Shown: positions 47,001 through 58,525 of the stretch, one piece after another
Position numbering within the stretch: the first letter of the stretch is position 1
Layout of the letters: every line of letters starts with the position of its first letter
NCBI GenBank assembly: GCA_051294905.1
Contig: CM119372.1
Coordinates: 30,442,001-30,506,000, forward strand
Direction of reading: 5' to 3'
DNA: 64,000 nt
Origin: Botryllus schlosseri
Lineage: Eukaryota
Made by a program: the position numbers and the translations under genes
The notes under the pieces: model-generated
Told to the model about the DNA's origin: nothing
Databases searched by the model: none
What the model saw: the letters and a program-made list of their open reading frames with translations, nothing else

Positions 47001-47354
47001 TTAAGAATGAGTCTTGTAATTTCTTTTACTTAGTAAAGCACAACGACTATTCACTTGTTCATGCTCAACCCATACATTATCACAATGACAGAGATTTTCG
47101 AATAGTTTTCCACACATATAGCATTTTGCTAAATTTTCGAACCCGAGATGAAAATAACCACATTCTGCTAATTGATAGGCACTACTGTTGAAATTTTCTT
47201 TGTAAGGTTCGAACGAACGTAATCTACGTTCAAAATTCATATTGAAAAACACAGCTTCGTTCTGCTTCGCATTTCGATTACAAATTTCATAAACGATATC
47301 ACCGACTTCATTCTTCATTGCCTGATGTGCACCTAACGGCTTAATAGACACCAT
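47001..47354 (-). CDS. Single-BIR (IAP-like) protein, no RING
   Basis: RLRSF, LAECGYF, and exact C-x2-C-x16-H-x6-C spacing (CYMC GKLFENLCHCDNVWVE H EQVNSR C). Confidence 0.88.
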   Translation of the reverse strand: MVSIKPLGAHQAMKNEVGDIVYEICNRNAKQNEAVFFNMNFERRLRSFEPYKENFNSSAYQLAECGYFHLGFENLAKCYMCGKLFENLCHCDNVWVEHEQVNSRCALLSKRNYKTHS

Positions 47355-47420
47355 CTCGTTATATTGAAGAACTGAAATATTTATAAGAATGGGAGCTTTT
47401 ATAGCTGTGTAGGATGCGAT

Positions 47421-47667
47421 GCTGTATTCTGATTGGAAGATTTTTCAACTTTGAAATGCTTGGTGGTAGTTTGATTTAAATTTACAACATTCCAAAGTTC
47501 GAATATGTTGTTGGTTAAAAATATATTGAAAGTATTGGTGTAGAACACGATACTGTATTCTGATTGGTAGATTTCCAACTTTGAAATGATTGGTCGTACT
47601 TTGATTTAATTTATGACATTCCAGAGTTTGAATATGTTGTTGGTTAAAAAATACGTTGAAAGTATGG
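47421..47667. promoter_or_regulatory. Duplicated ~120-bp CCAAT-containing module in the divergent intergenic region
   Basis: Two copies (47421-47538, 47553-47667) with GATTGG boxes between the minus-strand BIR gene and the plus-strand 48032 ORF; regulatory role inferred. Confidence 0.4.
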
Positions 47668-48031
47668 CTATGAATTGTAACGAACGTTACTTTCGCGCAC
47701 TTCCATTTATTTGAGAGTTCAATTGGAGTTTTACTTTGTTTTTAATAAATTTGATAGAGGTTCGTTTTACTGTCTACTATTCATTGCTTTTCAAACACTC
47801 AATGCATTGTTTGCTCTACCAACAAAGCGAAAACGACGGTTGGGATTGTCTTTTGTTCGAAGGGGGCTGTTACTATCTATCAACAATTTCAAATCCCAAC
47901 GGTTAATGTTTGTCCGTTAGTGAGCGAACATTTTTCTTATGTGATTCTGGCGCGAACCATTTTGGTATAAGATTAGCCGAATGTGAAATGAGGTATCACT
48001 AAATCTGAGCGAATCAGTGAAAGTATTCGAG

Positions 48032-49621
48032 ATGTCTTTGCAAGTTGAAGTAATTATGGATGATGATAGTCAGCAGTTGCCAAGCAACCAATCAACCCGA
48101 GAAAGCAGTGACCATGCATTGAGTGTAGAAATTCCGAATCATATGAAATGTGATCAAATGGATAAAGATGATGAGGAACTCGTCGTTATGGATCGATACT
48201 TTAGACCCATAACGAAGATCCCATCTGCTAAAGAAGTTCTTCTGAAATCTTTGAGCGAAGAAGAATTTCGCGAACGCGTTGTCATACGTCAGATATGTCC
48301 CGCATTCAAAACTGATTCATCCCCATCAAAACAACAGCCTAATGACATCGAGCTAATTAGCAACGAGACCCAACTTAAGGATCAATTGATACCTCTGAGT
48401 CAATCAACACCAGTAGGTGAACAACCCGTTGAGACAGTGACTAGCGATCCGTCCCCTTCTGTCAATCATCAAGCTTCGGGACAAGCAGTAGGCAATCCCG
48501 ACACGGAAATGGATTTGTCTCTTGGTGCGGAGGCGATTGCCGAAAGTAGCGAGGCGCTAGGTGAAATTTCTCGTGATAGCAATGAGATCGCGAAGCAAAT
48601 CCTACTGCGACGTATAGAGAAGAGCACATCGCAAGTTACAGAGCAACCTACTTTTAGTGAGCTTGTCGCCGATTCCACTCATATCTCAAGTGGTTTTTCC
48701 GACTCTAATGTTGGTTCTATACCAAAGCCGAATATACCATCATCGCCAGATTCGTCAATAAGGATCTATCCTAGATATTGGATCCGACATGATCGCCCGG
48801 TCATTAACCCACCGCAATGGCATATAGGTGACACTACCAAAGCAGAACAGAAGTATGATGAGAAGAATCGCGTATTCATGCGTTGGCTAGTTGGATTTAG
48901 AGAGGCGACAGAAATACATGATGGTTATCTCATGTATAGATATCTGGAAGAAAATATTGCTGAAATACAATATGGCGGACTGAAACGGAGTCTCAATTTT
49001 CTTCGTGCCGCTCTGATTGTAGCTATCGGTGAAAGCTTGACTCATGAAAAATTACTTGCTCCACACTTCTTTCTGGAAGGGGATTGCCTTTCTGGAAAGG
49101 AAGTATTGCACGAAATGCTTTTCGGTAGTGAAACAGCAAATTATTTGCTGTCGAGTTTGGAAAATTTGAATGCTTTCAAATATTATGATGCTACAAAATG
49201 TGTTTCTGTGTTTCCCAACTGCGGAACGCTTTTCTTTGAAAATACTGCTTTACAGGAAACAATTCTGACTATACATCGTACAGCAGTGCAATGTGAATAC
49301 GGGATTATTAATCCATCTTGCTGCTTCATGCTTTGTGATAAACAAAATGGCTCTGACTTGATGACTGTCAAACATCCTATATCATTCAGGGCTAAAACGG
49401 TCATTGTAAAATTTGGAAGGGGGATTTACGCACCTTCTCTGGCCAGTTTCAACAAACATGCCCGTCGTGATGTTCTGTTCGATTTAATAAAGAGAACTAA
49501 AACTTCAAATATTAAAGAAGTGAATGGCTGTGTTGAGAAGGATCCCTTGGCTCAAGTACTGTATCTCAGAGCATCTAGCTTCAGAACCAGAAAAGAAAAA
49601 GCTGATAATGATAGTCTTTGA
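48032..49621 (+). CDS. Hypothetical protein: acidic disordered N-half, possible degenerate SF3/D5-like NTPase C-half
   Basis: Long clean ORF; FFLEGDCLSGKEVLHEMLFG resembles an SF3 Walker A context. Confidence 0.65.
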   Translation: MSLQVEVIMDDDSQQLPSNQSTRESSDHALSVEIPNHMKCDQMDKDDEELVVMDRYFRPITKIPSAKEVLLKSLSEEEFRERVVIRQICPAFKTDSSPSKQQPNDIELISNETQLKDQLIPLSQSTPVGEQPVETVTSDPSPSVNHQASGQAVGNPDTEMDLSLGAEAIAESSEALGEISRDSNEIAKQILLRRIEKSTSQVTEQPTFSELVADSTHISSGFSDSNVGSIPKPNIPSSPDSSIRIYPRYWIRHDRPVINPPQWHIGDTTKAEQKYDEKNRVFMRWLVGFREATEIHDGYLMYRYLEENIAEIQYGGLKRSLNFLRAALIVAIGESLTHEKLLAPHFFLEGDCLSGKEVLHEMLFGSETANYLLSSLENLNAFKYYDATKCVSVFPNCGTLFFENTALQETILTIHRTAVQCEYGIINPSCCFMLCDKQNGSDLMTVKHPISFRAKTVIVKFGRGIYAPSLASFNKHARRDVLFDLIKRTKTSNIKEVNGCVEKDPLAQVLYLRASSFRTRKEKADNDSL

Positions 49622-49783
49622 ATAATATGTTTTGCTTGTACGATTGTTATTTGCATGAACGATTGTTACCAATTCGAATTTTGTTTGCACCTTGACATTA
49701 TGACTGAAAAAAACTTGGCTGATGTATATATTATTTGCATGAACGATTGTCACTAATTCGAATTTTGTTTGCAGCTTAACATT

Positions 49784-50194
49784 ATGAATGATAACTTAGC
49801 CGATATAGCTGCATCCACCACTCAGAGAGACATGACACAAATTAGCGATATGTCGGCCTTCTATCAAAGTCTAATGGATCCACAGGAACCTTCACGAAAG
49901 CGTCCTCGTCAAGATATTGGTTCTTACTTCGAACACATGACGGATGATCATTTGAAAATGCAAGCGATGTGGAACCGCCTTATTTCGATGGAAGGATTCG
50001 AACAAGACTGGACAAAAAATTTTCTTGTCATTGCAAAAAACGTGATCAAAGATATCGAAAAACTGTTGTGTGACGATAAAACAGACTCGAATATTCGTGA
50101 TACTGAGATTGCTAGATTGGACAGAATTAAGTTCATGTTTCTGTACGGTTTAAACCAATCTAAATTGCGCTTGAGATATAATTTCGTTTTCTAG
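49784..50194 (+). CDS. Hypothetical protein with RKRPR NLS-like motif
   Basis: Clean 136-aa ORF preceded by an acceptor-like TTTGTTTGCAG. Confidence 0.55.
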   Translation: MNDNLADIAASTTQRDMTQISDMSAFYQSLMDPQEPSRKRPRQDIGSYFEHMTDDHLKMQAMWNRLISMEGFEQDWTKNFLVIAKNVIKDIEKLLCDDKTDSNIRDTEIARLDRIKFMFLYGLNQSKLRLRYNFVF

Positions 50195-50374
50195 TAAGTG
50201 AAATTGTGCTTGTTTTACAGATATAGAGTAAATATAGGTAATATTTTTCAATACTTTGTTGACACACGACTTTACGACTGGATACCGTATCATACAAGCG
50301 CAAACGGTAAGCAAAAACTGCGATTGAAATAAGCTTCTCAATTTCTAATGTTCTATGTTTTACAGATAGCATAA

Positions 50375-53300
50375 ATGACTCTACGCAGGCGATATTTGGA
50401 TCGAGATTGGATCGTCGACGAATCCTTGGGCTTTGAAGATGCCGCCGTCGAAGTAATTGAAGAGCACTACGATTCGATCATTGACTCAACGTGGACTTCG
50501 AGAAATCGCGTGCGACATATAGTCAATATTCGGATGATTGAACGAGATCCCGCTGACATTCACGCGCGTATCGCAAGTATATACCCGCAACGATTTAGAC
50601 AATTTAAAATAAATTATGGCTTTGGGTATCTACTATATAATCGTGAGTCTGAGCGATATACGTATTTTCACCCCCAATCATCTCAAGCTGTCCTCGATGT
50701 CCCAAGAACTATCATATCGCGTGAAGATTTTGATTCGTTTAGAAATGCAATTGATTTATCGGCCGGTTACGATTATGCGAATCGAGTCAGACCGGACACA
50801 AAATTTGTTTGTTCGGAGGTGCTACACATTACTTTATTCCTGTATGAAATGGAAAGACCCTTACTTAGCGGAGGTGTTGTCTCAGAAGAAATGGAAAGAT
50901 TATCCAAATGTAAATTTATCAGAGTTTTCATTCGTAATCGTAAAGGAGTACCATATACAGATAATCTCTGCCTGTTTCGATGCCTATCATTTAGTTTAAT
51001 TAAAAAACTTGACGAAAGTCATGTTTCTCAATTGACTACCCAATTTGAAAATCGTTACGGAATCTCAGCTGTTAATGGTATATCCCTCGAGCAACTATCG
51101 AAAGTGGAAGCATGTTTTAACGTTAGAATATTACTTTACGAAAAACGGGAACAAACCACGGTCTTGCGACGAACTTCCAATGCACCTGGACTCACAATTC
51201 ATATTCACATGTTTGAAAATCACTGTTGCTTAATATCGAACATAGAGATTTATACGTCTACTTTTATGTGTGATTCGTGTAAAACATTCTTTACCTTGAA
51301 TGCTAGTTTGAAACGACATATTGAAAATCATTGTAATTCTTCGAAAAGGTATCGATACGGTTCTGGTGTTTATCGTCCTAAAGCGACGGTGTTTGAAGAT
51401 TTGGAAAATGAAGGTATATTTGTTAGTGAAGAAAAACGTTTTTACAAATTCAGAATTTGCTTTGACTTTGAGAGTCTCTTAGTAAAAGAAAATCTCAAGT
51501 CCGATACACCCAAGGTAAACTTTACCAGTAAACATGTCCCGCTCTCAGTCTCACTGTGTGATAATGTCACGAACGAAACAACTACATTTATTTCCAATGG
51601 GAACCCGCGTGATCTAATTAAAGAAATGGTTGATAAGCTTCATGAAATTCAAGAAATTGCGTCTTCGCAAATGCGTGCTATATATGACACCGAGTTGACT
51701 ACTCTTCGCGACTTGATTGAGGAACGTAAAGTGATTGATCCGATTAAAACGCGATCGTACCTGGAGTTGTTGTATCATCGCTTTCAAACGTGGTTAGATC
51801 AAATACCCGTAATCGGCTTCAACTCGGCTCGCTATGATTTAAATCTGTGTAAAAAATATTTGATCGCTCTTTTGCGAGAGGAGAGCGGCTTTTTTGTATT
51901 GAAGCGAAACAGCAGTTATCTCACTATCTCCACAAATAAATTGAAATTTCTAGATATATCTCTGTTCCTCGCTCCGGGATATAGCCTGGATGCGTATTTG
52001 AAAGTGTACGGTGATGGAGTAAACAATAAATTTTACTTTCCATATGAATATATGACGCATATTGATAAATTGAAAGAGACATCGCTACCGCCACACGATA
52101 GCTTTTATAGTAGTCTTCGTGGGCATAATATTACAGCTGAACAATACCAAGAATGCGTCAATACTTGGAAGCGTCTCGATATGAAAACAATGAGGGATTT
52201 TTTAAAATACTACAATGAATGTGATGTGGTCGGCTTTCTCGTCGCGGTAAATAACAACTTCGACTTTTATAAAAAAACTGGGGATTGACATGTTCAAAAA
52301 TCACGTCAGCTTACCGAGTATAGCTAATCGACTTATGTTCGATCAAAGCTGTGAAATCGCTTTATTCAATAAAGCCAATGCCGATCTCCATCACACTGTA
52401 ATTAATAACTTAATTGGTGGATTGGCACAAATTACAAACAGGTATGCAATGGCAGACGAGACCAAAATTCGCATTTTGAAGTATGGAGACGCAGCCAAAG
52501 ACGTGAAATCTATAGTAGGATATGATTGCAACGCATTATACTTGCACGCCATTGATCTCAATATGCCAACTGGATATGTCACCCGTTGGCTGTATGATGA
52601 AGGGAAACAGAAATTTCATAGAAAACCGACTTATCCATCCATGATCGAACTCGAGTGGTTAACTTATCAAAGCATTGTTCGCGGTATTCCGATTCGTCAC
52701 GCTTGGAACGGTCCGCAAGTTAAACTCGGAGCCCGTAGAATTAGCGTTGATGGATACTCAGCAGACCGGAAGTTAATATTCAACATGGACGGCTGTTGGT
52801 GGCATAATTGTATAAAATGTTATCCTTGTAATCAAAATATTAATCATAATCGACGCATTAAAACCGAAGAAACCACCGCCTATTTTGAAGGCCTAGGATA
52901 TCAGGTCATTCGAGTGCGCGAATGTGAATGGAAAGCAATGAAGCGCGATCCAGACATTGCGCGCCTCGTTGCACATTTACAAAGGAATGTGACAAAAGAA
53001 TATTTACTCTCGCAAGAACAAATACTCGATCGAGTCGTTAACAATCGCTTTTTCGGTGCGATAGAATGCGACGCGCACTGCCCAGATCTTTTGAAATCTA
53101 AGTTTGAAGAGTTACCGCCTTTCTTTAAGCACATCGAAATTAATGAATGTGATATCGGTCCGCATATGGCTCAATACGCAAGGGAAAATAAAGTCAAGTT
53201 TCCGAAAAAAGCGCTCGCGTCCAGTTATTTCATCGAAAAGCAATTGGTTACTACCGATTTGTTGAGTTGGTATTTGCGTCACGGAATGGTGGTCACGCGT

Positions 53301-54245
53301 GTTTACCAAGCTTTGGAATATGAGCCTAAGAGAGTATTTCGCAACTTCGTAGATCGCGTAACAACGCTACGGCGTAAAGGTGACGTCGTTCCTAGAGACC
53401 GTGCACTTGAAATACAGGCTTTAACCTTTAAAATGGTTGGAAATTCAGCGTTCGGAACGACTATACAAAATCCAGCCAAATATAAAAATCACAAATATGT
53501 GACTCGCGATGAAGTTCAAGCGCTCATCAAAAAACCGAATTTTATCGACGCCGATGAAATTGACTCGGACTTAATTGAAGTAACCTCTCGGCCCGATACG
53601 ACTCGCCTTGATCAACCCGTCATCGTAGGGTTCTTCATATTTAATCACAGTAAGCAACGGATGTTGTCGTTCATGTATGACTTCCTCCACGTGTACATAA
53701 ACGATTGCGATCAATTTCATCTTGAACTTGACACCGACAGCTGTTACCTTGCGATATCAGCTGATTCTATCTACTCATTGATCATCCCTTCAAAGCGTAA
53801 AGAGTTCTTTGAAGTTCATGATCAGTGGTTGGTTCAAAGGGCGTGCGTTAAGCATAAAACAGACTTCGAGAGGGACCCAGTCACTTTCAAAATCGATGAA
53901 GCGTGCTGTATCGCTGCTCATAATTACTCTAAGCGAACACCGGGTTTGTTTAAAGTAGAATGGAGTGGACGGGGGTTTGTAGGCCTCAATTCAAAAACCT
54001 ACTATTGCTCGGGTGATACAGATAAATATTCCTCAAAAGGTTTGAGTAAAACGGCCTGCAAAACTTTCAAAGATTTCAAAGGTGTATTGCAAAACCGTTC
54101 TATATCCGGTGGATATAACTCCGGCTTCCGCTGCTTTCAGGGAGAAATATTCACATATCATCAATATCGTTCCGCTTTATCATACGGTTACTATAAAAGA
54201 ATTGTATTGAGTGATGGGATTCATACTGTACCGCTTGCGTTGTAA
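50375..54245 (+). CDS. pPolB of element 2, split by a 1-nt insertion in an A7 run (52271-52277)
   Basis: Removing one A gives YKKLGIDMF, matching YKTLGIDMF of element 1. All Exo and Pol motifs, the Vsr-like insert, Zn finger and an N-terminal terminal-protein-like region are present. Confidence 0.95.
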
Positions 54246-54276
54246 TAAAATGTTGACTGTTTTGTAATAAAAAAAA

Positions 54277-54897
54277 ATGGAGCGTGCACGTGTCTTAAAT
54301 TCTCCGTTCAGGATGATTATAGCTGGAACTTCGAGCTGTGGTAAAACATGTTTTGCCTATCGACTTGTGCAAAATGCCAAGAAGATCATCGCGCCTTATC
54401 CAAGGAAGATTATTTGGCTGTACAATAATTATCAGCCGTTATACGATAAAATGAAGGGTGTGAAATTCCACCAAGGTCTAGACGAGTTAGAACATTTACA
54501 GCAGGGTGGTAATGGACATACTCTGATAATACTAGACGACATGATGACGGAAGCACAACAAGCGAGGGACCTATTCATACGTCATTCCCATCATAATAAT
54601 GTCTCAGTAATCCTATTAGTCCAGAACATATTTCACCGAGGTGGTGGTTTTCGTGACGTCACTCTCAGCGCTAGCTATATTGTGGTGTTTAAAAATCCAC
54701 GTGACGTTTCACAAATACGTTACCTTTCACGTCAAATGTTCCCGGACAATCCTACTATGCTTACAGAAGCATACAAAAGAGCAACTCGCGAACCTTATTC
54801 ATATATTGCCATTGATTTAACCCAAGAGACACCGGAAAAGTATCGACTTCGTACCAACATATTTCCGGACGAACGCATGACTGTGTATTTGGAATAA
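54277..54897 (+). CDS. Packaging ATPase
   Basis: GTSSCGKT Walker A, LIILDD Walker B; homolog of 3106..3723. Confidence 0.93.
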   Translation: MERARVLNSPFRMIIAGTSSCGKTCFAYRLVQNAKKIIAPYPRKIIWLYNNYQPLYDKMKGVKFHQGLDELEHLQQGGNGHTLIILDDMMTEAQQARDLFIRHSHHNNVSVILLVQNIFHRGGGFRDVTLSASYIVVFKNPRDVSQIRYLSRQMFPDNPTMLTEAYKRATREPYSYIAIDLTQETPEKYRLRTNIFPDERMTVYLE

Positions 54898-54932
54898 ATA
54901 GCGCGCTGCTCGAACGATAATCATCATTCGGG

Positions 54933-55343
54933 ATGGCTAAGGACGCGCGAAGACTCATTTTGAAAAAACGTTTAAAAGATCATCTTACCAAATTGAAAAC
55001 TTTACGGAGGGCTAAAAACCCCGAACGTATTCAGTTATTGAAGCATAAGGAATTTGTCGCTAGTGTGTGCGAGTGTCTTCGAAACCTGGTGTCGGGCGAT
55101 GTACCTATTTCTAACGCAAGAAAATCTAAATTGAAAAAGCACAAATCCAGTATACGGAAGGTCCTGTGTTGCAAAACTCAAAAAGGCAGGCGCAAAGTTT
55201 TGCAAAAGGGTGGCTTTCTTTCGGGTAAATACGTGTAACTTTAATTCAATACTGTATCTAACGTTATTCCGTTCCTAGCCATTTTGAGTGCCGCTATTCC
55301 GATACTGGGAAGCCTCTTGGGCGGACTGACGAGAAATGCGTGA
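54933..55343 (+). CDS. Spliced small basic protein (exons 54933-55224, 55279-55343)
   Basis: GTAAAT donor 55225, CTAAC 55258, AG 55278; product ends GGFLS-AILSAAIPILGSLLGGLTRNA*. Confidence 0.75.
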
Positions 55344-55800
55344 GCTGTATTTTCCACCGCTACTAACAAAAGATGGATACGAAAGGAAATTTGACAAACA
55401 TATTGCCAAAATCAGAGACTCGGATTTGACTCGCGTGCAAAAACTAGCGCTTTACAAACACGGTATCAATGTCTTGAGAAACCTAAGAAAGAATGACGCG
55501 GCGATAAAAGCGCTCGCAAACGCTTCGTCACTCGACGATAAAAACGCGTCGCCGCCCGTCATTAAAGCAGACACAGCGCGCGCGCCACCATCTGATGACA
55601 CAAACGCGACGCCGGGGCCCCCGCACGCGTTTAATTGGAGCGTTACTAAACAGGAGGGAGATACTCCAAAGAAGAAAAAACCCAAGAAAAAAGCAAAGAA
55701 AAAGGTCGACCTCAAACCTCCGCTTAACTGGAAAGAACTCGATACTCCGCGTCAACAAAAGCCCAATCAACGCTACTTTGGAAAGCTATGGACAAACTAG
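55336..55800 (+). CDS. Conserved hypothetical basic protein
   Basis: Homolog of 4159..4497. Confidence 0.75.
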   Translation: MRELYFPPLLTKDGYERKFDKHIAKIRDSDLTRVQKLALYKHGINVLRNLRKNDAAIKALANASSLDDKNASPPVIKADTARAPPSDDTNATPGPPHAFNWSVTKQEGDTPKKKKPKKKAKKKVDLKPPLNWKELDTPRQQKPNQRYFGKLWTN

Positions 55801-56792
55801 ACTACTTCGATCCCAAAAAACCCAATTCTTATAGGGGTGCTTACCTACAGAAAGACAGCGAGTGGTTGAAGGGACAAGATAGTTATACCTATCACTTTCC
55901 CATTCGAAAAAGATTTAAACGTCGCCAAGTTGTTGTGTCAGGGATCGGAGCGCAGTTTCAAAGCGATTTAATCGACGTACAGTCTATTTCAAAATACAAT
56001 CGTGGATTTAGATATATTATTCTTATTATTGATGTTTTCTCCAAGTATGTGTGGATGATTCCGATTAAAAATAAATCGAGTGACAACATGATATCTGCTT
56101 TCAAAAAAGTTTTCAAAGAGAGCCTTCCATTAGTGCTACAGACAGACAGAGGTACAGAATACACGAGTCGAGCTTTTCAGAATTTTCTCAGAAAAAACAA
56201 GGTGCGGTACTTTTACACGAAAAGCGAATTGAAATCTTCGATTGCGGAAAGGGCTATCCGTAGTTTCCGTCAAATCTTCTACCGCTATTTCACGAAAAAT
56301 AACACCAGCAATTATATCGATGTGCTAGATGATATGGTCTATTCGTACAATCACACCAGACACCGCTCGTTAGGGATCCCTCCTAGTGAAGTTAATAGAC
56401 ATAATCAAGAAAGCATTTGGCAAAAAATGTATGGATTTCGCGACTCCAAACTACCCACTTTAGCGGTCGGGACCCCTGTACGCATCTCGAAAATTCGCAA
56501 TCTGTTTGAGAAGTCTAGTCGACCCAACTGGCAACCCGAGATATTTTACATTGTCAAAGCCATGAAAGGAGATCCGCCAACCTATCGCTTACGTGATTAC
56601 AATAACGAAATAATTGACGGACAATTTTACAGACAAGAAATTCAACCCGTTACTGAACCGCAAAAATGGCAAGTCGAAAAGATTATAAAGAGGCGACGGC
56701 GTGGTAAACGTAGTCAGTTTTTAGTGAAGTGGTTGAATTATGGACCGGAATTCAATACCTGGGTCGATCAAAAAGATATCGTCGAACCGTAA
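55788..56792 (+). CDS. Integrase with chromodomain
   Basis: QSDL, QTDRGTEY, AERAIR; WQVEKII..FLVKWLNY..NTWV. Confidence 0.95.
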   Translation: MDKLDYFDPKKPNSYRGAYLQKDSEWLKGQDSYTYHFPIRKRFKRRQVVVSGIGAQFQSDLIDVQSISKYNRGFRYIILIIDVFSKYVWMIPIKNKSSDNMISAFKKVFKESLPLVLQTDRGTEYTSRAFQNFLRKNKVRYFYTKSELKSSIAERAIRSFRQIFYRYFTKNNTSNYIDVLDDMVYSYNHTRHRSLGIPPSEVNRHNQESIWQKMYGFRDSKLPTLAVGTPVRISKIRNLFEKSSRPNWQPEIFYIVKAMKGDPPTYRLRDYNNEIIDGQFYRQEIQPVTEPQKWQVEKIIKRRRRGKRSQFLVKWLNYGPEFNTWVDQKDIVEP

Positions 56793-56952
56793 CTTTTATC
56801 AATTCATTGCTCAAGTTATAATTATACTGCTCATCGTGAGTTTTTCGCTGTATAATTTGAGTGTCGTGCAAGACAACAAAGAGCTTTGGGTGTCGCTGTT
56901 ATCTTCGTGTGTGGGATATATGTTACCGGCTCCAAAGATACCCAAACTATGA
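56740..56952 (+). CDS. Small two-TM protein
   Basis: Homolog of 5437..5646. Confidence 0.7.
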   Translation: MDRNSIPGSIKKISSNRNFYQFIAQVIIILLIVSFSLYNLSVVQDNKELWVSLLSSCVGYMLPAPKIPKL

Positions 56953-57779
56953 GTTATATTACGTTATTTTCCAATGCCTCCATGGACAGGTTTCCACAAA
57001 ATACAGCTGCGGTTTACACCAACGAACTAGACACCCCAAGAAATGTAGAAAGAAGCGAAGTCGCGTTGACTGAGATTGGCTTCCCAACCGATTTTAACGA
57101 ACGGATCGCAATCACAAATAACTACTACGGTTTCGACATTATGGGACCCAGTGAAGTCACAAGAAGATTGAAGTTCAAAATTGGTGAATATGAATCCGTA
57201 TATGACATGTTTAAATCATTGGAGAGCATTAATCCCGATGTGAAAGTCAAGTGTTTTCCTGAAAGTGATAACCTGACGGTTTCGATTCCACACAAAAACA
57301 TTGCAGCTAGTGCAAGACCGGGAGAGGATACGCGATATCGAATCGACACCAGAGAGTACGATTATACTGGAACACTTGAGCATCTAGAATTGGCGGTAGT
57401 TACCCTAACTCTCCTACGTTTCATATTGCCGAAGAATAGAGCAGACCTATCCGCATACTTTTTCACTGACAAGAGAATACATCTCAATTTTGATGTACGA
57501 CCCTTGTCGAAAATCGATTTCGTATACGTTCATTGCGACATCATTGAACCCCAAGAGTCTAGCGGTTCACTACAGCGTTTATTACGAGTTGTGAAAGTCG
57601 ATGGAGATAAGAAGGTGTTTTCAAAATATTACATAAAACCTTTCTTTCTTCCGCTAAGTATAAATAGATTGGAACGTGTAAAAATTTCCTTGCTGGATCA
57701 CAAAGGTGGTGAAATTCCGTTTCGAAGCGCTCCATCGAGCGCTGTACTTCAATTCCGAAAGCGCGGTATCGCACTATGA
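56949..57779 (+). CDS. Minor capsid protein 1
   Basis: Homolog of 5643..6452. Confidence 0.75.
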   Translation: MSYITLFSNASMDRFPQNTAAVYTNELDTPRNVERSEVALTEIGFPTDFNERIAITNNYYGFDIMGPSEVTRRLKFKIGEYESVYDMFKSLESINPDVKVKCFPESDNLTVSIPHKNIAASARPGEDTRYRIDTREYDYTGTLEHLELAVVTLTLLRFILPKNRADLSAYFFTDKRIHLNFDVRPLSKIDFVYVHCDIIEPQESSGSLQRLLRVVKVDGDKKVFSKYYIKPFFLPLSINRLERVKISLLDHKGGEIPFRSAPSSAVLQFRKRGIAL

Positions 57780-58525
57780 AATACATTCACATTAGCAGTT
57801 TGGAATCAGATTTTGTTCTCGAGCTAGCACGTCCGATTACAGGAAAATACGAACTGGGCCTAGCGGAGTTCTCGATTCGCAACGAGTTCCAACCTACTTT
57901 ACCTGCTTTCGACGCTCTGTTATGGCAATTTCAGGATGAGAAAACATCGCCTCTGATTCAAGTGGGAAGTAAAAATCATTATTTTTACCCCAAGGGTAAT
58001 TATTATGACTTCAAAAGTTTGATTGATAGAATCAATCGCACGCAGGACCAAGTATATATTAACCAGCTAGGAAGTTCTAGTGGTATGTTAGTCATTCCAC
58101 CTTACAAATCGGGTGCGTTTCCTAATTTCCTGAAGAATCCAACCGGAGTCAGAAATCCGGTTTTCGTGTATGGAAAGCTTAAGAAGAAAAAGCTGCTAGG
58201 AGGGAATTATTTAACTTCAGAGATCACTCTGAGGGATTCCATTACGCCTATCACCAATTTATTAATTTATACCGATCTCATTCGACCGCAATCAGTCGGC
58301 GACACGAAAGCTCCGCTATTACGAAACATCCCCATTACGAGTAGTGTCAATGAATATCAACATCATATATTCGAAAAAATATACTTTTTCCCTATGATTA
58401 CGGAAGACGCTCGTCGAATTCAGATTAGTATCAAAGACGATAAAGGTACGGGTATAAATCTGAAGGGGTCCATGATTGATATCACACTTGCTTTACGTCA
58501 TCATGAGAGCACATTACTGTTGTGA
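57776..58525 (+). CDS. Minor capsid protein 2
   Basis: Homolog of 6449..7171. Confidence 0.75.
   Translation: MKYIHISSLESDFVLELARPITGKYELGLAEFSIRNEFQPTLPAFDALLWQFQDEKTSPLIQVGSKNHYFYPKGNYYDFKSLIDRINRTQDQVYINQLGSSSGMLVIPPYKSGAFPNFLKNPTGVRNPVFVYGKLKKKKLLGGNYLTSEITLRDSITPITNLLIYTDLIRPQSVGDTKAPLLRNIPITSSVNEYQHHIFEKIYFFPMITEDARRIQISIKDDKGTGINLKGSMIDITLALRHHESTLLL

Noticed and set aside
52271-52290. Programmed ribosomal frameshift in pPolB of element 2
   Set aside because: It would need a +1 shift, and element 1 has a continuous ORF at the same site; an indel or sequencing error is simpler.
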